Below are positions 42,535 through 60,141 of a stretch of 64,000 nucleotides of DNA, piece after piece (position 1 is the first letter of the stretch; the number at the start of each line of letters is the position of its first letter). Origin of the DNA: the human T2T-CHM13v2.0 reference genome, Homo sapiens; assembly GCF_009914755.1 (NCBI RefSeq), contig NC_060932.1, one strand, 5' to 3'. The notes under the pieces are model-generated. The model did not search any database. It saw nothing but the letters and a program-made list of their open reading frames with translations, and had not been told where the DNA came from. The position numbers were made by a program, and so were the translations under genes.

Positions 42535-42705
42535 ACACCTTTATACTATACCATTTCATTCAGTGATAATTATTTGAGTTCAGTTGTATATTCTACTTAC
42601 AAGTCAAGATTTATGGGTTTCATTATCCAGGTCATGCCTGCTTCTTACAATTATGGTCTTTCCTATAATATGCATACCTATTGTTGCTTTTAAGAATGGA
42701 CATTT

Positions 42706-42995
<290 letters not shown>

Positions 42996-43973
42996 ATGGA
43001 CATTTTTCCGTTAGATTTTCTATCTGATTTTTGTTGGTATACAGAGAAGCAGCTGATTTTATTTGTTCAGCACTTAACTGAACTCTTGGTAGTACTGAAA
43101 GTTTTTCAATTGATTCTCTTAGGTTTTCTGGTGGGCAGTCATATTACATGCAAACTAGGGCAAATGTGTCTTTGCCCTATCTACATTATTGCTTCTATTT
43201 CTATCTTCTGTATTATTGCATTGATCATAGCCTCCAGAAGAGTGTAAAATACTAATAGAGGCAGCAGAAATCTTTCGAATTCCCATTTTAATAGGATGAT
43301 CTCTGTAATTGTTCAAATTAACATTTTGCTGTTGATCAGAAGAAAGTATCCTTTATTTCCTGAATTTGGAAGAAAAAGGATTGAGTGTTGAATCATCTCA
43401 AATGCCTTTCAGTAGTCACTGATAAATCGGTTATATCATTTTTCCAACTTGACCTCCAGATGTAATATATCTTTTTATAGGCTTCCTATATTAAATTATT
43501 CTACATTAGTGTAATAAACTCAAATAGATCATTCTTTTCATTTTCTGATCTTGGACAAGTTGACTTCTCTATGTTAGCTTCTTCATCTATAAAGTAGAGC
43601 TAAAAATTGTACTTACTCCATGTTATAGGACATAGTTGAGATAATTCACATAAAGTAAATTCATGGAAAATACCTAGCACAATCTCCAACACAACTCCTA
43701 GGGTATGTTCAGCTAGTATCATCATCATGGTTATTAACCAGTAGGCTGGAATATGGTTACAGCAGGGAAAATTATATTTCCCTAAGAGTTTTCTTATATT
43801 CATGAGAGGGACATTTCTCATATATTTTTAAAGGAAATAAAGTAGGTATTTTTAGATTTCTATGTATGAATCACGGACAGCAACAATAAAAAAGTTATTT
43901 TTCATTATTTTATTGTAAAGCGATGTTGTTTGCTTATACCTATCTCCTTGGGTTAAATACGAAGTCCCTTGCA

Positions 43974-45180
<1,207 letters not shown>

Positions 45181-45256
45181 TTCTTGGGATATGGAAATTT
45201 GGGCCAGTATCCAAGTGTGTAAGTATGTCTAAGTTTGGATAAATACAGGATGGTAA

Positions 45257-45661
<405 letters not shown>

Positions 45662-46619
45662 TAAAAATGCTCATGATACCAAAGATGTCACCCACATAGT
45701 GATAAACTCTTAAGAGAATTTGATGTTTAAAGAGTTATGATGTCTGATCTGATTTCTTGAGTTTCATCAATAAGAATGAGGGACTCAACAACCAAATTCC
45801 AAAGAGGTTTGCATTAAAAAGGGTGTAACTCCAGCAGAATGTAAATGTATGTAAAATAGATAATAGTGAGATGTTATAATGTTTTTATTTTGAATGAGGC
45901 AGAAGCTGTTTCGGAAAAAAAGAAATAGAGGTTTAAAGAACACAGAACATACCTTCAACCGTCATGGCAGGGTGGTGGACCACGAGGAAATGACTGTGAC
46001 AAGTCAGCTAATCTTGGAACAAATTAGGGAAGGAAATGATGAACAACAGCTGCAAAGAAAAAAATGCAAGAATTTGCAAATGATGTCCACTTTGTCTTTA
46101 ATTTACCCAATGCTGGAAAGAATACTGGTCACCTCACTTTTCGGTAATATACGCACCATCGTCTTCAGACACAGAAGAATGAGAAATAATTAAAAGTCAC
46201 TGAGACGGCTCTCACCTCCTGTACTTCATTATCACACAATGTCTTGCTAGAGAGGCATTTTCATTCCAGATGAATATGTGGTTGATTAGCGCTTTTCCAA
46301 AAGCAAATTGTCTGAGGTTCTCTGTACTGCATTTCCTGGTACCAATTCCTCATTAAGGTGATTCATGAATTTTTTTTCAATTAGGTTCGTATGTCTTTTT
46401 AAAAATCAATTTGGTGTCTACCTTTCAACTAAATGAATGAGCCAGTGTATCATTCAGACAGGTGTGGACTTGCATAACTATTAAGTTAAATGAGACTTTC
46501 ATAGAATTGAGAAAATGGGCAAGGATTAAAAGTGGAATCTGAACAGGAATCACTATTTCAAAAAGAACAAATTAGAAAATATGAATAAACAGGTGAACTA
46601 CATGAGCCCTTCCATTCAG

Positions 46620-46870
46620 AATAGCATGGCGGGTAAGCATGGGCTCTGGAGTCAGACTTCTCTGAGTTCCAATCTTGGCTCTTTTGCTAACTTCCTTTGT
46701 AATTAAACAAGGTCGTAACACTTTCCACCTCTCAGCTTTTTCATGTGTGAGATGAGATCATGATAGCAGCTGTGTCCTTGGGTGGTGGTGAGAATTAAAT
46801 GGGAAATCGCCTTTAAAGCACTGAACTGAGCACATAGTAAACATTTAATAAACGTTAGTTCCTATTATTC
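46620..46870. mobile_element. MIR SINE
   Basis: gcatgggctctggagtcagac...gagaattaaatg...cacatagtaaacatttaataaa. Confidence 0.7.
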
Positions 46871-47920
46871 CTAAAATAATACTATTCATTTAGAATCACT
46901 TATTAGTAATCAATGCTAACTTGACCTTAACGATTAAAATAAAGATAAAAATTCATGGGCTATCGAAACCTATAATGTGGTACTCATTATTCAAGTGGAA
47001 TGAAAACGCTGAAAAGAAAATGTTTTTTCAAAATTTCATCTGGCAAATATTGCCAAATAGTTTAAAGCAACCCTACATGTTTTTTCCATACCTCATTATC
47101 CTGTGCCATGAGGGGGAAGAAAGGATGTATTTTAATTGTTGTGACCACCTTCATCTATTGAAGTCTTGATTTTTCAGGCACCTCCTTCGTTTTATTAAAT
47201 ATTTTATGCTGTGCATGTGAAATATGTAGTCCATGTACCCAGGGATATTTCTGTCTACTAGTTTTCCTTGTTCCTAAAAACAGAAATGAGGAATGCCTAC
47301 GGCTAAAAAGAAAAAAAAAACTGTCTTCCTGTCAGCAGCTCCTTCTGCTGATATGTCACCGATGCCAAATTATATATTCACGTAATTTGCATTTTCCCAC
47401 TCTTAGTTTTTTTTTTTAAATCATTAGGTCAAAAGCTAAAATACATTCCTTTTTATAGCAGAAAATTGCTCCTGTTTGTTCAAAGCCAATTTGAAAGATT
47501 TGATCATCAGAAAAACATATATGTGTCTATATATAATTTCTAAATTTGGCTTCAAACCCCTACTTATTTAGTAGTGCCACACAATAGCTTTTTTTAATGT
47601 AAGATTTTCCTTTAAGAAATGGGAATAAAGCTCTAGGTATTTATTTTTTGAAAAGTGCTGTTTAATCCTGTGCTTAGCATAGTGCCTGGTATTTGATAGA
47701 TAACAAATATATATTTGTTGAAAAATAAGTGAATGAATGAATGAATAAGCAAAGTAAGGCATATCAAGCCTGAAAGGTAGATATAGTCTGCTTGACTTTT
47801 CCTTTACTGCTTGACACATTTCCTAACTTTTTCTACCTCCTAACATTAAAACAAAAATACAATGACATACTTGAGAGTTTTCTAGTAAGATGCATGTCCC
47901 AGCAACTAAAAAGCAACTCC

Positions 47921-48281
<361 letters not shown>

Positions 48282-48755
48282 TCATCACATATATTATGCA
48301 TATAAAATGCTTAGCATATATATACATATATAATGCCAGATACTATGCTGAGCATTTTATGCACATACTGTTATTAATATCCTCAACATTCCTATGAGAG
48401 AGTAGATAATATATGCCCCAGCTCATATCTGAGGCATAAAGAAGTTAAGTAATTTCCCTAGGGTTATATAGCAATAAGGATAAAACCAAGACTCAGACCC
48501 AGGTTGTCTAATTCCTGAGCCAAGCTCTTAACCACCATGATGAATTCCTTACTGTGATGCAAGAGTACTGGGAAGTAAACAGAGGTGACTTCTAAGCCAT
48601 GGAAGAGGTGCCAGTGAGACTATGGTTTGGTGGGAAATTTAGGACTCTTGAGCAGTGCTGTGGAGCTGGAGCAGAATGGGCACGAGGTATCGGGAAAAGA
48701 CGGAATATTAAAGCGAAGAACTGGATTGGGGGAAGGCGTATTATTGGCCTATATC

Positions 48756-48884
48756 TAGGGTCATATAATTTATCATCCAAACCGGGACACTTTTGAAAGT
48801 GAAAAGGGACTCTATTCAGAATTACATCAAGACAGTGCTCCAAACTGGGACTATCCAAGCTAAACTAGGACATGTAGTCATCTT
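48756..48884. mobile_element. MER94-like hAT-Blackjack MITE
   Basis: tagggtcatataatttatcatccaaaccgggacacttttga...ggacatgtagtca. Confidence 0.75.
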
Positions 48885-49519
48885 TCCCATGTCCCTCTCT
48901 TGCTAACTTATTTTTTCCTTTCTTCCTCTCTTATTCTCTTCTCCCTTTTCTCTCCCTCTTCGTCCTCCCTATGTCCCTCACTGGCTCTTTACATGTACCT
49001 TAAATGGCAGTAGTTTGTTGCGTTTAACTGGAGTTGGGATGCTCATTAAGTGCCTCATGTTCGAACCGAGTTAAACAAATGTTCCAAAACAATAGTTCCG
49101 TTGTTGCTGTATTATTTATCTATTGCGGCATTGCAAATTACCCCAAATTGCAGCTGCCTAAGAAAACAAACATTATTTCCCACAGTTTCTGAGTCAGTCA
49201 GGAGCAGCTTTGCTGGGTGAGTCTAACTCAAGGTCTCTCCTGAGGGTGCAGTCAAGCTGTTGGCTCGCACTACAGGCATCAGAAGGAATGACTGCAGCTG
49301 GAGGACTGACTTCCAGAACACTCACTCACATGGCGACCCCCATCCTCTGCTACATGGCCCTCTCGATGGGGCTGCTCATGACAACAGGGCAGCTAACTTC
49401 TCACGGCTCAAGTGATGTGAGGCTGAGGAGGAAGCCGTGGTGTCTTTTTTTGAACCAGTCTTTGAAATTTCCCACTATTAATTCTGCTTTATTTTATTCA
49501 TTAGAAGTGAGTCACTAAG

Positions 49520-50254
49520 TGCTATGGTCTGAATGTTTGTGTTCTGCCAAAATTCATATGTGGGAACCCTAACCCCTAGGTGATGGCAGCGTTTAGGGGT
49601 GGAGCCTGTGTTAGTCCATTTTCACGCTGCTGATAAAGACATACATAAGACTGGATAATTTATAGAGAAAAAGAGGTTTAATGGACTCACAGTTCCACGT
49701 GGCTGGAGAGGCCTCACAATCATAGCAGAAGGCAAAAGGCACATCTTACATGATAGCAGGCAAAGAGAGAGTGAGAGCCAAGTGAAAGGGGTTTCCCCTT
49801 ATAAAGTCATCAGATCTCGTGGGACTTATTCATGGCCACAAGAACAGTATGGGGAAACCGTCCCCATGATTCAATTATCTCCCACTGGGCCCCTCCCACA
49901 ACACGTGGGAATTATGGGAGCTATAATTCAAGATGAGATTTGGGTGGGGACACAGCTGAACCATATCAGAGCCTTGGGAAGTGATTAGGTCCTGAGGATG
50001 AAGCCCTCATGAAAGAAATTAGCACCCTTATAAAAGAGGCCCCAGCAAGCGCGTTGGCCACTTCTACTATGTAAGAGTACAGAGAAAAATCATCTTTGAG
50101 GGAACCAGAAGGCTGGCCTTCACCAGACATCAAATCTGCCAGTGGCTTCATCCTAGACTTCCCAGCCTCCAGAACTGTGAGAAAGAAATTTCTGTTGTTT
50201 AGAAGCTACCTAGTTTATGATACTTTATTATAGCAGCCAGAATGGACTAAGACA
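49520..50254 (+). mobile_element. MLT1A-like LTR (middle element of the nest)
   Basis: tgctatggtctgaatg...ggactaagaca, with a perfect 5-bp TSD ctaag. Confidence 0.85.
49607..49968 (-). mobile_element. THE1B-like LTR (inner element of the nest)
   Basis: tgtgttagtccattttcacgctgctgataaagacatac...aaccatatca, with a perfect 5-bp TSD gagcc. Confidence 0.92.
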
Positions 50255-50572
50255 CTAAGTCCACTCAGCACTCAAGGGTAGGGGATGAGCCTTCACTTCT
50301 TGAAAGGCGAAGTATCAAAGAATTTGTGCACATATTTAAAATCATCACAGCTACATAGTTTTTCAAACTGACTCTTTGATTTAATTTTACTTCTGGGGCC
50401 CTGTCCAAAGAAAACAACTAAATAGAAGGGGAATGTTAGATGAGCCAAGTTATTTATGGTATGTTATGCCAGTGAAAAATTAGAAAACACCTACATAATT
50501 AACAATAAAGGAATGGTTTAATGACTTATAGTACTTCTACAGAATAGAATACTGTGCAAATATTTAAAATTA

Positions 50573-50728
<156 letters not shown>

Positions 50729-51037
50729 TTAATTTAATAAAATAATTCTGAAGCCTGTATAGCAGCATGAAAAAAATGTTTGTAATGAAATATTTATGAG
50801 AACACAAAATTGTATGTAGGCTATCATTTCAACTCTAAAAAGAAAACACACAAAAAGACCAGATGGAAACAAGCTAAAATAACAATGGTTGTGCTAATTG
50901 GTAAAATCATGGGAAGTTTTTATCTTTCTCTGTTTTCAGAGTTTCTGCTCTATAACTGTGATGTATTGTTCTGCTATATATAATTTTGTTATTTTTTATT
51001 TTAAAAGAGATAATTAAAGATAATATTGACTTTCTAA

Positions 51038-51363
<326 letters not shown>

Positions 51364-52078
51364 AACTTTTATGTTTTTTTTCCTTATGTTATTTTTTATG
51401 TTATTTTTTTTCTATTCAGCAAAAATAGACTGTACTGAGATTGACAGACAGGCTGCGGGGGTGTTATATTAGTAAGGGAAGAGATGATGCACTCAAACTT
51501 GGTAACTGAGAAGAATTTAATTAAAGGAAACCGACAGAGTGTGGTTGAGCACCCTTGGGAGTTGGGTGCTCACCCCCATCCCAGGCCTGAGGGACAAGGA
51601 GAGACAGGTACTGTATCCCACAGAAGCTGTGATCTTCAGTGTCAGGCTGAGGGAGGTGGAACGAACATCCTCATATTCTTGTCTGGCCTTTGAGCCACTG
51701 CCTACCTCCCACTGGTTGAACCAACCAAAATCCAGACACAAAGGAGCCCTAGATCTTAAAGGGTGAGCCTTCCATAACACAAAGAAGGGTGGAGAAGGCG
51801 TCTAGAGGCGCAAATGCAAATATCCAATAAAGGGACTGTGTTACGGAGCTGCAGCATGTGCTGCTTTGATGAGAAGATTCCAAAACTCTTACTTACAATC
51901 TGTATCTTTATACTAAAAATTTACATCAGCAATATTTGAGGAATATATATTTTGGCATCAAAGCATTCACAGAAACATGTCCAGGTAACCCACTAATTAT
52001 GGATAATTGAGCTTTTAGACACAGACTGCCTGCAGTTTAGGTCATGGCATTTCAAACTGACTCTTGTATCTGGATATA

Positions 52079-52525
<447 letters not shown>

Positions 52526-54355
52526 TACACATTTCATAGCAAGTGTTATTTAAGCAGAGACAGTGTACAAACCAGCAGGACATTTTCAATGACACTCACA
52601 CCAGTGGACCTCCTGATAAAATTATCCCCATTCAAATAAGAGCTGTAGGAGCAGACATTTTCTTTATCTGTACTATGAACTTCACGAAGGCAAGCTCCTT
52701 GTTTTTGGTTTGGTTGGGCTTATTTTTTTGCACGTCATGTAACCATCGCCTAGCGCAATACCTAGAACACAGGAAGTCATCCAAATGTGTTGAATGGATG
52801 AATGGATGGACCTGTTAAAGGACCTTCACATGTTACTTTCCCTGTGTTCTTCTTTAGGAAATAAGAAATGTCTCAGGAAACGTTGGAAAATTTAAGTAAC
52901 TTGCTTAAGATCAAGCAGCTAGCAGGTGACAGAAGTATAATTCAAACACAGATGTTTCCATTGCAACCCTCCGAGGAAAATCAGACTCTTACACTGGTAT
53001 TTCAGTTATACTTCCAAATATCTAGCCTGAAATATGACTATCCCTCTGCAGTGCAAACATGATAAAACTTTATCTTCTCTTCACTGTCTCTGGAAACAAA
53101 TTTAATGTTCTTCCGAATGAGACTGTTTCATTATATAGTTGACATGAAAGTATTCTTTTTCTGTGTGAGGGAACATGATGGTAAAAATAACCCCACCCAC
53201 CAATGCCTATTTAAGATGGAACTTCTGTACCATTTTTTTAGTCTATCAGCGGTTGTCTCGAAGCCGGTACTCTTTCCAAACCCTTTCCCACCCCCAATCC
53301 CCACCCAGTAGGAGGATGGTTTTGTTTGTCATACTGCCTAGGAAAGGGGGTGGCCCTGTATTTAGTTGTGCAAAGGAACCAGACGTGCTGAATGGCCTGC
53401 AGTGCTAGGACAGCCCCACACACTGAATAACTGTCATGCCCCCAATGCCATAGCATTGTAGCCCCTCAGTGATTCTTCTGCTTTTTCTAGGTTAGATCTT
53501 TTACCCAAGAATATCAACTATCCTGGGTATACTTAATATTCTTTTAAGAAAACCTAACCATGACATTTTACTTGGTTCCCCCTGTGAATTTTAAATTCCC
53601 GGGCTTAGCTTCTTTGATTAAGCTTGCCACGCTTGGAGTCTAAGAGAAAACAAGCTGATCCTCTTGTGCTCGCGGTGATGTGAGAGGAACAGCAGGCTGG
53701 GCGTCAGGAGACCCGGGTTCCTGGCTTGTCCACATAGCAGTGTCACCTTGGGCAACGCGTCTAATTTCTTCGTGCTCCTGTTTTCTCATCTGTAGCATGA
53801 GAAAGGGTGCACACAATGAAATAATTTTTCAAAGGTGCAGCCCTAACATTCTCTGAGTAGCTGCAGAGCTAAGCAAACCGGAGCCAAACGAAAGAGTTAT
53901 TGTTAAACGCTTGAAGGAATGATGGAAGGATAAAATCCCCAAAGAAAACTTGAGATGTTACCTCAGTTAACACCCAAATGGGATGGGCATATGTAGCCTC
54001 CGCTGAAGCAGAAATAACCATTCCTACTTCCCAACTCTGTGTCTCTTTTCTGCGTCTCACTTGGAGGTCACAGTCTCGTGAAGGTTGTAGTTAATAGTAG
54101 ATGTGGTGGCCAAAGACTTTTTTCTTCCTTAGTTGACAGTGAGCCCCATGGAGTGTGATGGGCCCATTTACCTTGAAAGCCTTTCCTCTGGATTTCCTTT
54201 CTGCAGATTTTTCCTTTCCAAAATCTAGAACACCTGCTTCTTCCTGTCTTTCACATCTGTTAGCTAACTGGTCTCTGGGCCTTTCCTAGAATCTGTTTCT
54301 TCCTCTCCATTCCTCTTGCCATTGTCCCAGTCCAAGATTTCATTTTTTTCTATTC

Positions 54356-54630
54356 TTTTTTTTTTTTTTTCTTATCGAGACAGAGTCTCCCTCTGTCTCA
54401 GAGTGGAGTGCTCATATTGGAGTGGCTCACTGCAACCTCCACCTCCCAGGTTTAAGCAATTCTCATCCCTCAGCCTCCTGAGTAGCTGGGACTAACAGTG
54501 CCCGCCACCACGCCTGGCTAATTTTTGTATTTTTAGTGGAGACGGGGTTTCACCATGTTGGCCAGGCTGGTCTCGAATTCCTGACCTCAAGTGATCTGCC
54601 TGCCTCGGCCTCCCAAAGCCAAAGTGCTGG
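54356..54630 (-). mobile_element. AluS-like, 5'-clipped and locally rearranged
   Basis: Antisense Alu ending ...ctcccaaagccaaagtgctgg. Confidence 0.9.
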
Positions 54631-54669
54631 TGTTCCAGGCGGGGGTTTCTAAGCTTGCTTGTTCTAGTC

Positions 54670-54831
54670 GGTTGCCTGTTTGGTCTTAGATTGTTTTTCT
54701 TTTGCTTTACTTTATATACAGGGCACTGACCCCTGCAAACTACATTTCCCATGCTCTCATACCATCTGGCTTTCAAGTAAATTTGCGTTCTCTCTCTCTC
54801 TCTCCTCTTTCTCTCTTGTTTCTTCTCTCTG

Positions 54832-54862
<31 letters not shown>

Positions 54863-55130
54863 CTCAGGCTATGTCTCTAGTAGTGGCTAAATCCCCTCCA
54901 CGGTCCCCAACAACTACCAGGTGACCCATCATTCATCTTGGGCTGCAGTAAGACCACCTTCCCTTTGTCCTTCCAGCCCTAGAGGTGGTAGTGACTTTCT
55001 ACAATTGGTAATCTTTGTGTTTGTTTCCCCTCATCCTAATTGTTCATTCTACTGTTCCAACATCTTTGAATTTCATTTCCTGTTTTAAATTCCTCCCATT
55101 GAAATCCCTCGTGTGATATTTTCTTCTAGT
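54670..55130. mobile_element. ERVL-type LTR relic (LTR33-like) containing a CT/GT microsatellite
   Basis: ctgacccctgcaaactacatttccca...ccagccctagaggtggtagtgacttt motifs. Confidence 0.5.
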
Positions 55131-55384
55131 TCTCAAAATTGGCCTCTCCAGAAGAGAAGGCATTCCCTGCACAAGGGAATCATCCCTTCCTTTCTCCATG
55201 ATGCAAACTCCTACATGTTTTTTAAGCTTTAGCACAAATTCTACTTTTCTCTCAAGGCTTTCCTGACTATTCCAGGCACATTGAGTCACTTCTCCTTTGC
55301 TGCCAATGTACTTGTTATTTATCTTATTATAGAAAATGTTTGCACATTGATCTCCTCACTAGCCCAGAAGCTCCTTGAAGCTAA

Positions 55385-55748
<364 letters not shown>

Positions 55749-57466
55749 TAAATTTTTAAATTTGAATATCACCAATATCTGGGCACATGGCAGGTAATTA
55801 GTAAATATTTGTTAAATAATACACTACAAAATTTTGAAAAATTTCTAGTCATATTTAAGCAGCCTCAATAGGGTTATGATTCTTAAATTTTGCAAACACA
55901 TCAGATACTTTAGCTATTTTATAATGAAAACAGTTATAACTGACCTCTTTATAAAGAAAATGAATTAATAACTGTAGCTGAGCTAGGTATTTTATTCCAG
56001 TGTTGGTTGCAGTATATAATTCATTGCAGTGCTTACTATATTTCACCAAACAGTGGAATACTGATGTTTTAACTTTAGTTTCAGTCCTTGGAATTTGCAT
56101 TCAGGTTTGTGTATTCATATTCCAAAATGCTGCTCATTAAAGAGTAATTATAAATGTCTATAATTAGGAATAGGTCACTATTGTTATTACTGGAAACACA
56201 CACACACATATATATGTATCACATCATATATATAGTCCAATTTACCTTTTCTCCTCATAAAAAAATATTTTAGAACTGTGTAATTTCTACATCATAATTA
56301 AATCAACATATTCTTTCAACAATTCACAAAGTGATTATGCCACGTTGTCAAATCTTTTGTGATTCCTGAAAGTTAAAAAATGTCATCTTTAACATTTTAT
56401 TGAATTCAAGAGAAAGCTTAAAAGAATAAAAATGTATTACCCAAACCTCTTATTTGGCTTAAAACATAAAATCCAAAATCTCTAATCATTTGGATTCAGA
56501 ACCCTCAACATCTATACTGAATGTCTGAAAAACAAAAACACATCCTGTCTCGTACTCCAGATATAAAGGCTATCGATATTCCACTACCAACCTAGCATTT
56601 CATATAACATGACCCATTACCAAAAAGATTGAAATTTGAGCAAATAGAGAAAGGTTTTATCAACCATGGAAATAATCCCAAGAAATTCAGAATACACAGT
56701 GCCTGAGTATCACTTGAAAATAATAATTCAAAGTCTTTGAGCTATAGGACGTAATTACACTGGATAAATTCTAGTTGACAGAAGAATCCCTGATGATAAA
56801 AATTTTTCTCCTACAAATCCGAAGCCAACATGCCTTTTTTGTTAAATGTCATCATTAAATATTTATTCTTTATTTTGCCTGCTCTTTTTGAAGGCCAGAG
56901 AAAACTCTGGTTAGACTTTTTTCCTTGTACAGTTATAAATTGCGGTGTAAACTTGATGTCCAACTTACATGTAAAGTCTTTGACAATACTTGTCCGTACT
57001 TATTAAAATTAAATATTAAAACTTATTTGATGTATTTTCTTTTCTTTCTTTCTGTCTTTCTTTCTTTTTTTTCCTCCAGGGGAGCATGTCTTGAACCAGA
57101 GCCAATGTGGGTTTCCACAGACCACTGGGCAAGACACGTTGACTTTACCTCCACTCATATCTGCTGTACAGAAAACCCAACATGATTAATCTAGCCTACA
57201 ATTTGACAGAGACAGAATTGAATATAAGCAGTTATTCCTCAGGTGCCCCCAGTGATTACCTGCTCTTCCAACAGAACAGAAAAGGTCTTAACGACCACGG
57301 GATAAAGACACCATTCTGTGTTTCAAGGCTGGAGTTATCCAGGAATAAAGCTATATCTTCAAGCACTGTTGGTTTAAAATCTAAATCTAATATTTAGCTT
57401 TATGTAAAGGAATTCGGACATAGCAATCTAAGTTTCTCCGTGCATACCCTTTAAAGTAATCATGTA

Positions 57467-57701
57467 GATATCTACATTTTCTGGAACATGGACAGTCTGG
57501 TTGCAGACAATGGTCTTCATTCTCACAGTAGACACAGCGAAAAGATGGTTTTTTACTCTTTAGATTCATCTTCAAAGGAAGAAATCTCCTAGTACCAAAA
57601 ACGTAAAATTGTTTTCAGCTTCCTGTTACTTCTCATTTTTGTTTCTATAAAACAGTGAAGGGATTATTACATAGGGGACTTTTTTGTTTTTTACATTTAC
57701 A
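57467..57701 (+). repeat. Local direct duplication (~235 bp) of 58414-58647: pseudogene 5' end plus its flank
   Basis: Manual alignment gives 12 substitutions and 1 indel. Flanked by CATGTA on both sides. Confidence 0.95.
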
Positions 57702-57781
57702 CATGTAAGCCTTAGGTTGAAGAAATCGATGTATACTGTTTTTTCTATGATCCAACTGGCACCTTACTCTTCTTTTCTCCC

Positions 57782-58491
57782 CCAAATCAATAGGTCTTTT
57801 ATTGCATCATTTAAATATCACAAATAGGTCTTAGGAATCATCCGGCATCTTGTTTCTGTACCTGGACTACTCTTAGGTCTTATTCAGCAGCCTGCTTAAC
57901 TGTTCCTTTTTCAGAGACGTAAATACCATCCACACATTTTCTGATATCCTTGTTTTTATTTAATTGTCGTGGCTGGCTGAATCAAAGCAGCTGAATTTGC
58001 AACAAGATCAATGTCATTTCCTACAAGGGTTAATTCATCTTTCTGGGCTTGAGATACTGAACAAGCAACACCTGGCCACTGCCAAACCCTGTGGATTTAT
58101 TTTTCACCGAGGAAATTTCAGAACTCAACCAGAGACCTATTCTTCCGGATAACGACATTGATGGAGAAGTGAGTACACACAGAGCTCATCTTGCAGCGGA
58201 AGCCCAGCACAACATCCCTGACCATGTCCTGTGCATGACTACAAATAGTGCAAACGGCAGCCAGTTCCTTTCTGTTTCCCCACCATTTTTTGTCAGTGCC
58301 GGAGCCTCATTTTTTTTCTTTCCAAGGAGACTGAGGTCTACATTGATGTGATTGAAGTCCATCCACAGGGTTCCTCTAGGGCCTTTCGCAATTACTGGGT
58401 ATCCCTTCAAAGTGATATCTACATTTTCTGGAATATGGACAGTCTGGTTGCAGAGAATGGTTTTCATTCTCACAGTAGACACAGCGAAAAG
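57782..58491 (-). pseudogene. Processed pseudogene of ribosomal protein L9 (RPL9/uL6)
   Basis: Minus-strand [22 protein letters not shown]...[16 protein letters not shown] matches the RPL9 N-terminus. ATG at 58467 and stop-equivalent at 57880-57882. Intronless and frameshifted near the Lys run. Retains RPL9-like 3'UTR with AATAAA. Probable degenerate TSD tggcaccttactctt / tggttctttactctt. Confidence 0.93.
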
Positions 58492-58691
58492 GTGGTTCTT
58501 TACTCTTTGGATTCCTCTTCAAAGGAAGAAATTTCCTAGTACCAAAACGTAAAATTGTTTTCAACTTCCTGTTACCTCTAATTTTTGTTTCTATAAAACA
58601 GTGAAGGGATTATTACATAGGGGACTTTTTTGTTTCTTACATTTACAAGAATAAAGCCTTTTGAATATTCAGACAAGACAAAATGTCTAAA

Positions 58692-58897
58692 CAGTTCTGT
58701 CCAACAGAACTTTCTTCAATGATGGAATGTTCTAGATCTGCAGCATCCAATGCAGTAGCCACTAGCCACATGTGGCTATTGAGCATTTGAAATGTGACTA
58801 TTGCAACTAAGAATTTCCAATTTCATTTCATGTTAATTTTAACAAATTTGAATAGTGGCAACAAATGTTACTAGTGGGTACTTATTGAACAATGCAG
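58692..58897. mobile_element. MER3-like hAT-Charlie MITE
   Basis: ctgtccaacagaactttc...gtagccactagccacatgtggctattgagcatttgaaatgtg. Confidence 0.8.
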
Positions 58898-59697
58898 GTC
58901 AAGAGAGTGTGATTTGAATGGCACCAAGTAAGCTTCTTCACCCCCAAATTCCTGTATCCCTATTTCTCAAGGTGCCTTGGTCTCCATGAGCTGAAACTAA
59001 CTCTTTAAGCAATGAGATGCAGAATGAAATTAAAACTACGTGCCATTCAGAGTTCTTGGTTGTAAACACAAGTCAACTCTAGTTGACTTACATAAAAAAT
59101 GTTATGCAGTTATATAGGCACTCCTCCAAAATCAAAAGGAAGCCTGGAGAATCAAGCTTGAGCTGGAACAAAGGAAGCTGGTGCATGGCCAAGATCTTGC
59201 CACCAAGAACAGTCAACCTAGGATGCCATTGCTGCTCTTAATATCCCTGGACACTTGCCACTACACTGCAGAATTCTGCTGCCCTTGGTCACTCTCTGCT
59301 GGCTGTTCAGCTCTCAACTCCACAACGGCCACTTCTAATAATCTCCAGTTGAACTTCGGACATTGTATCACCCCTTAGAGATCCATAGTATAGCTGTGTC
59401 AGTCCACTGGAAGGACATGTCTGCTCACCTTCTGGGTTCATAGACAGTGCCCCTCCCCATTTAGGGGCAAAGAAGGGAAACAGTGTAAGCAAAAATATTA
59501 TTTCAATGAAAATTTCCTATTTTATTTCCAAAGAGATTGACCTTAGTGCGAATTCTAAAGAAGTGCACGCAGAATCAGAACGATTTACTATATAGAAAAA
59601 TGCTTTAAGTCTTTTAAATTTTTTGAATAGGGTTGTCGTTTTTATTAATCGTTAGCCATTAAATTATAATATAAAAACTGTATAATTATAACATAAC

Positions 59698-59991
<294 letters not shown>

Positions 59992-60141
59992 AATTATAAC
60001 ATAATTATAATTAGTTACAATGATATATAATTGTTCATGAAGTTATAATTCATATTTATAATTGCCTTGCTTAAGCTAACAGTTGATAACTATTGAAATC
60101 TATGGAGAAAAGGTGAAGACTGCTGCACTGCTTGGTGTGTG

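Larger units (their letters stand above)
49108..50349 (-). mobile_element. Old MLT1 LTR (outer element of the nest)
   Basis: tatctattgc...aattaccccaaa...agaagtgagtcactaag | ctaagtccac...aaagaatttgtg...tcaca. Confidence 0.7.

Noticed and set aside
57387-57575. Cys/His-rich ORF (CVYC...HC...CPC...C) resembling a zinc finger, with a twin at 58376-58564
   Set aside because: It is an out-of-frame reading of the RPL9 pseudogene 5' end and its duplicate; no coding support.
58186-58482. RPL9-like ORF as a functional retrogene
   Set aside because: It frameshifts after the KKK run and carries many non-conservative changes, consistent with a dead retrocopy.
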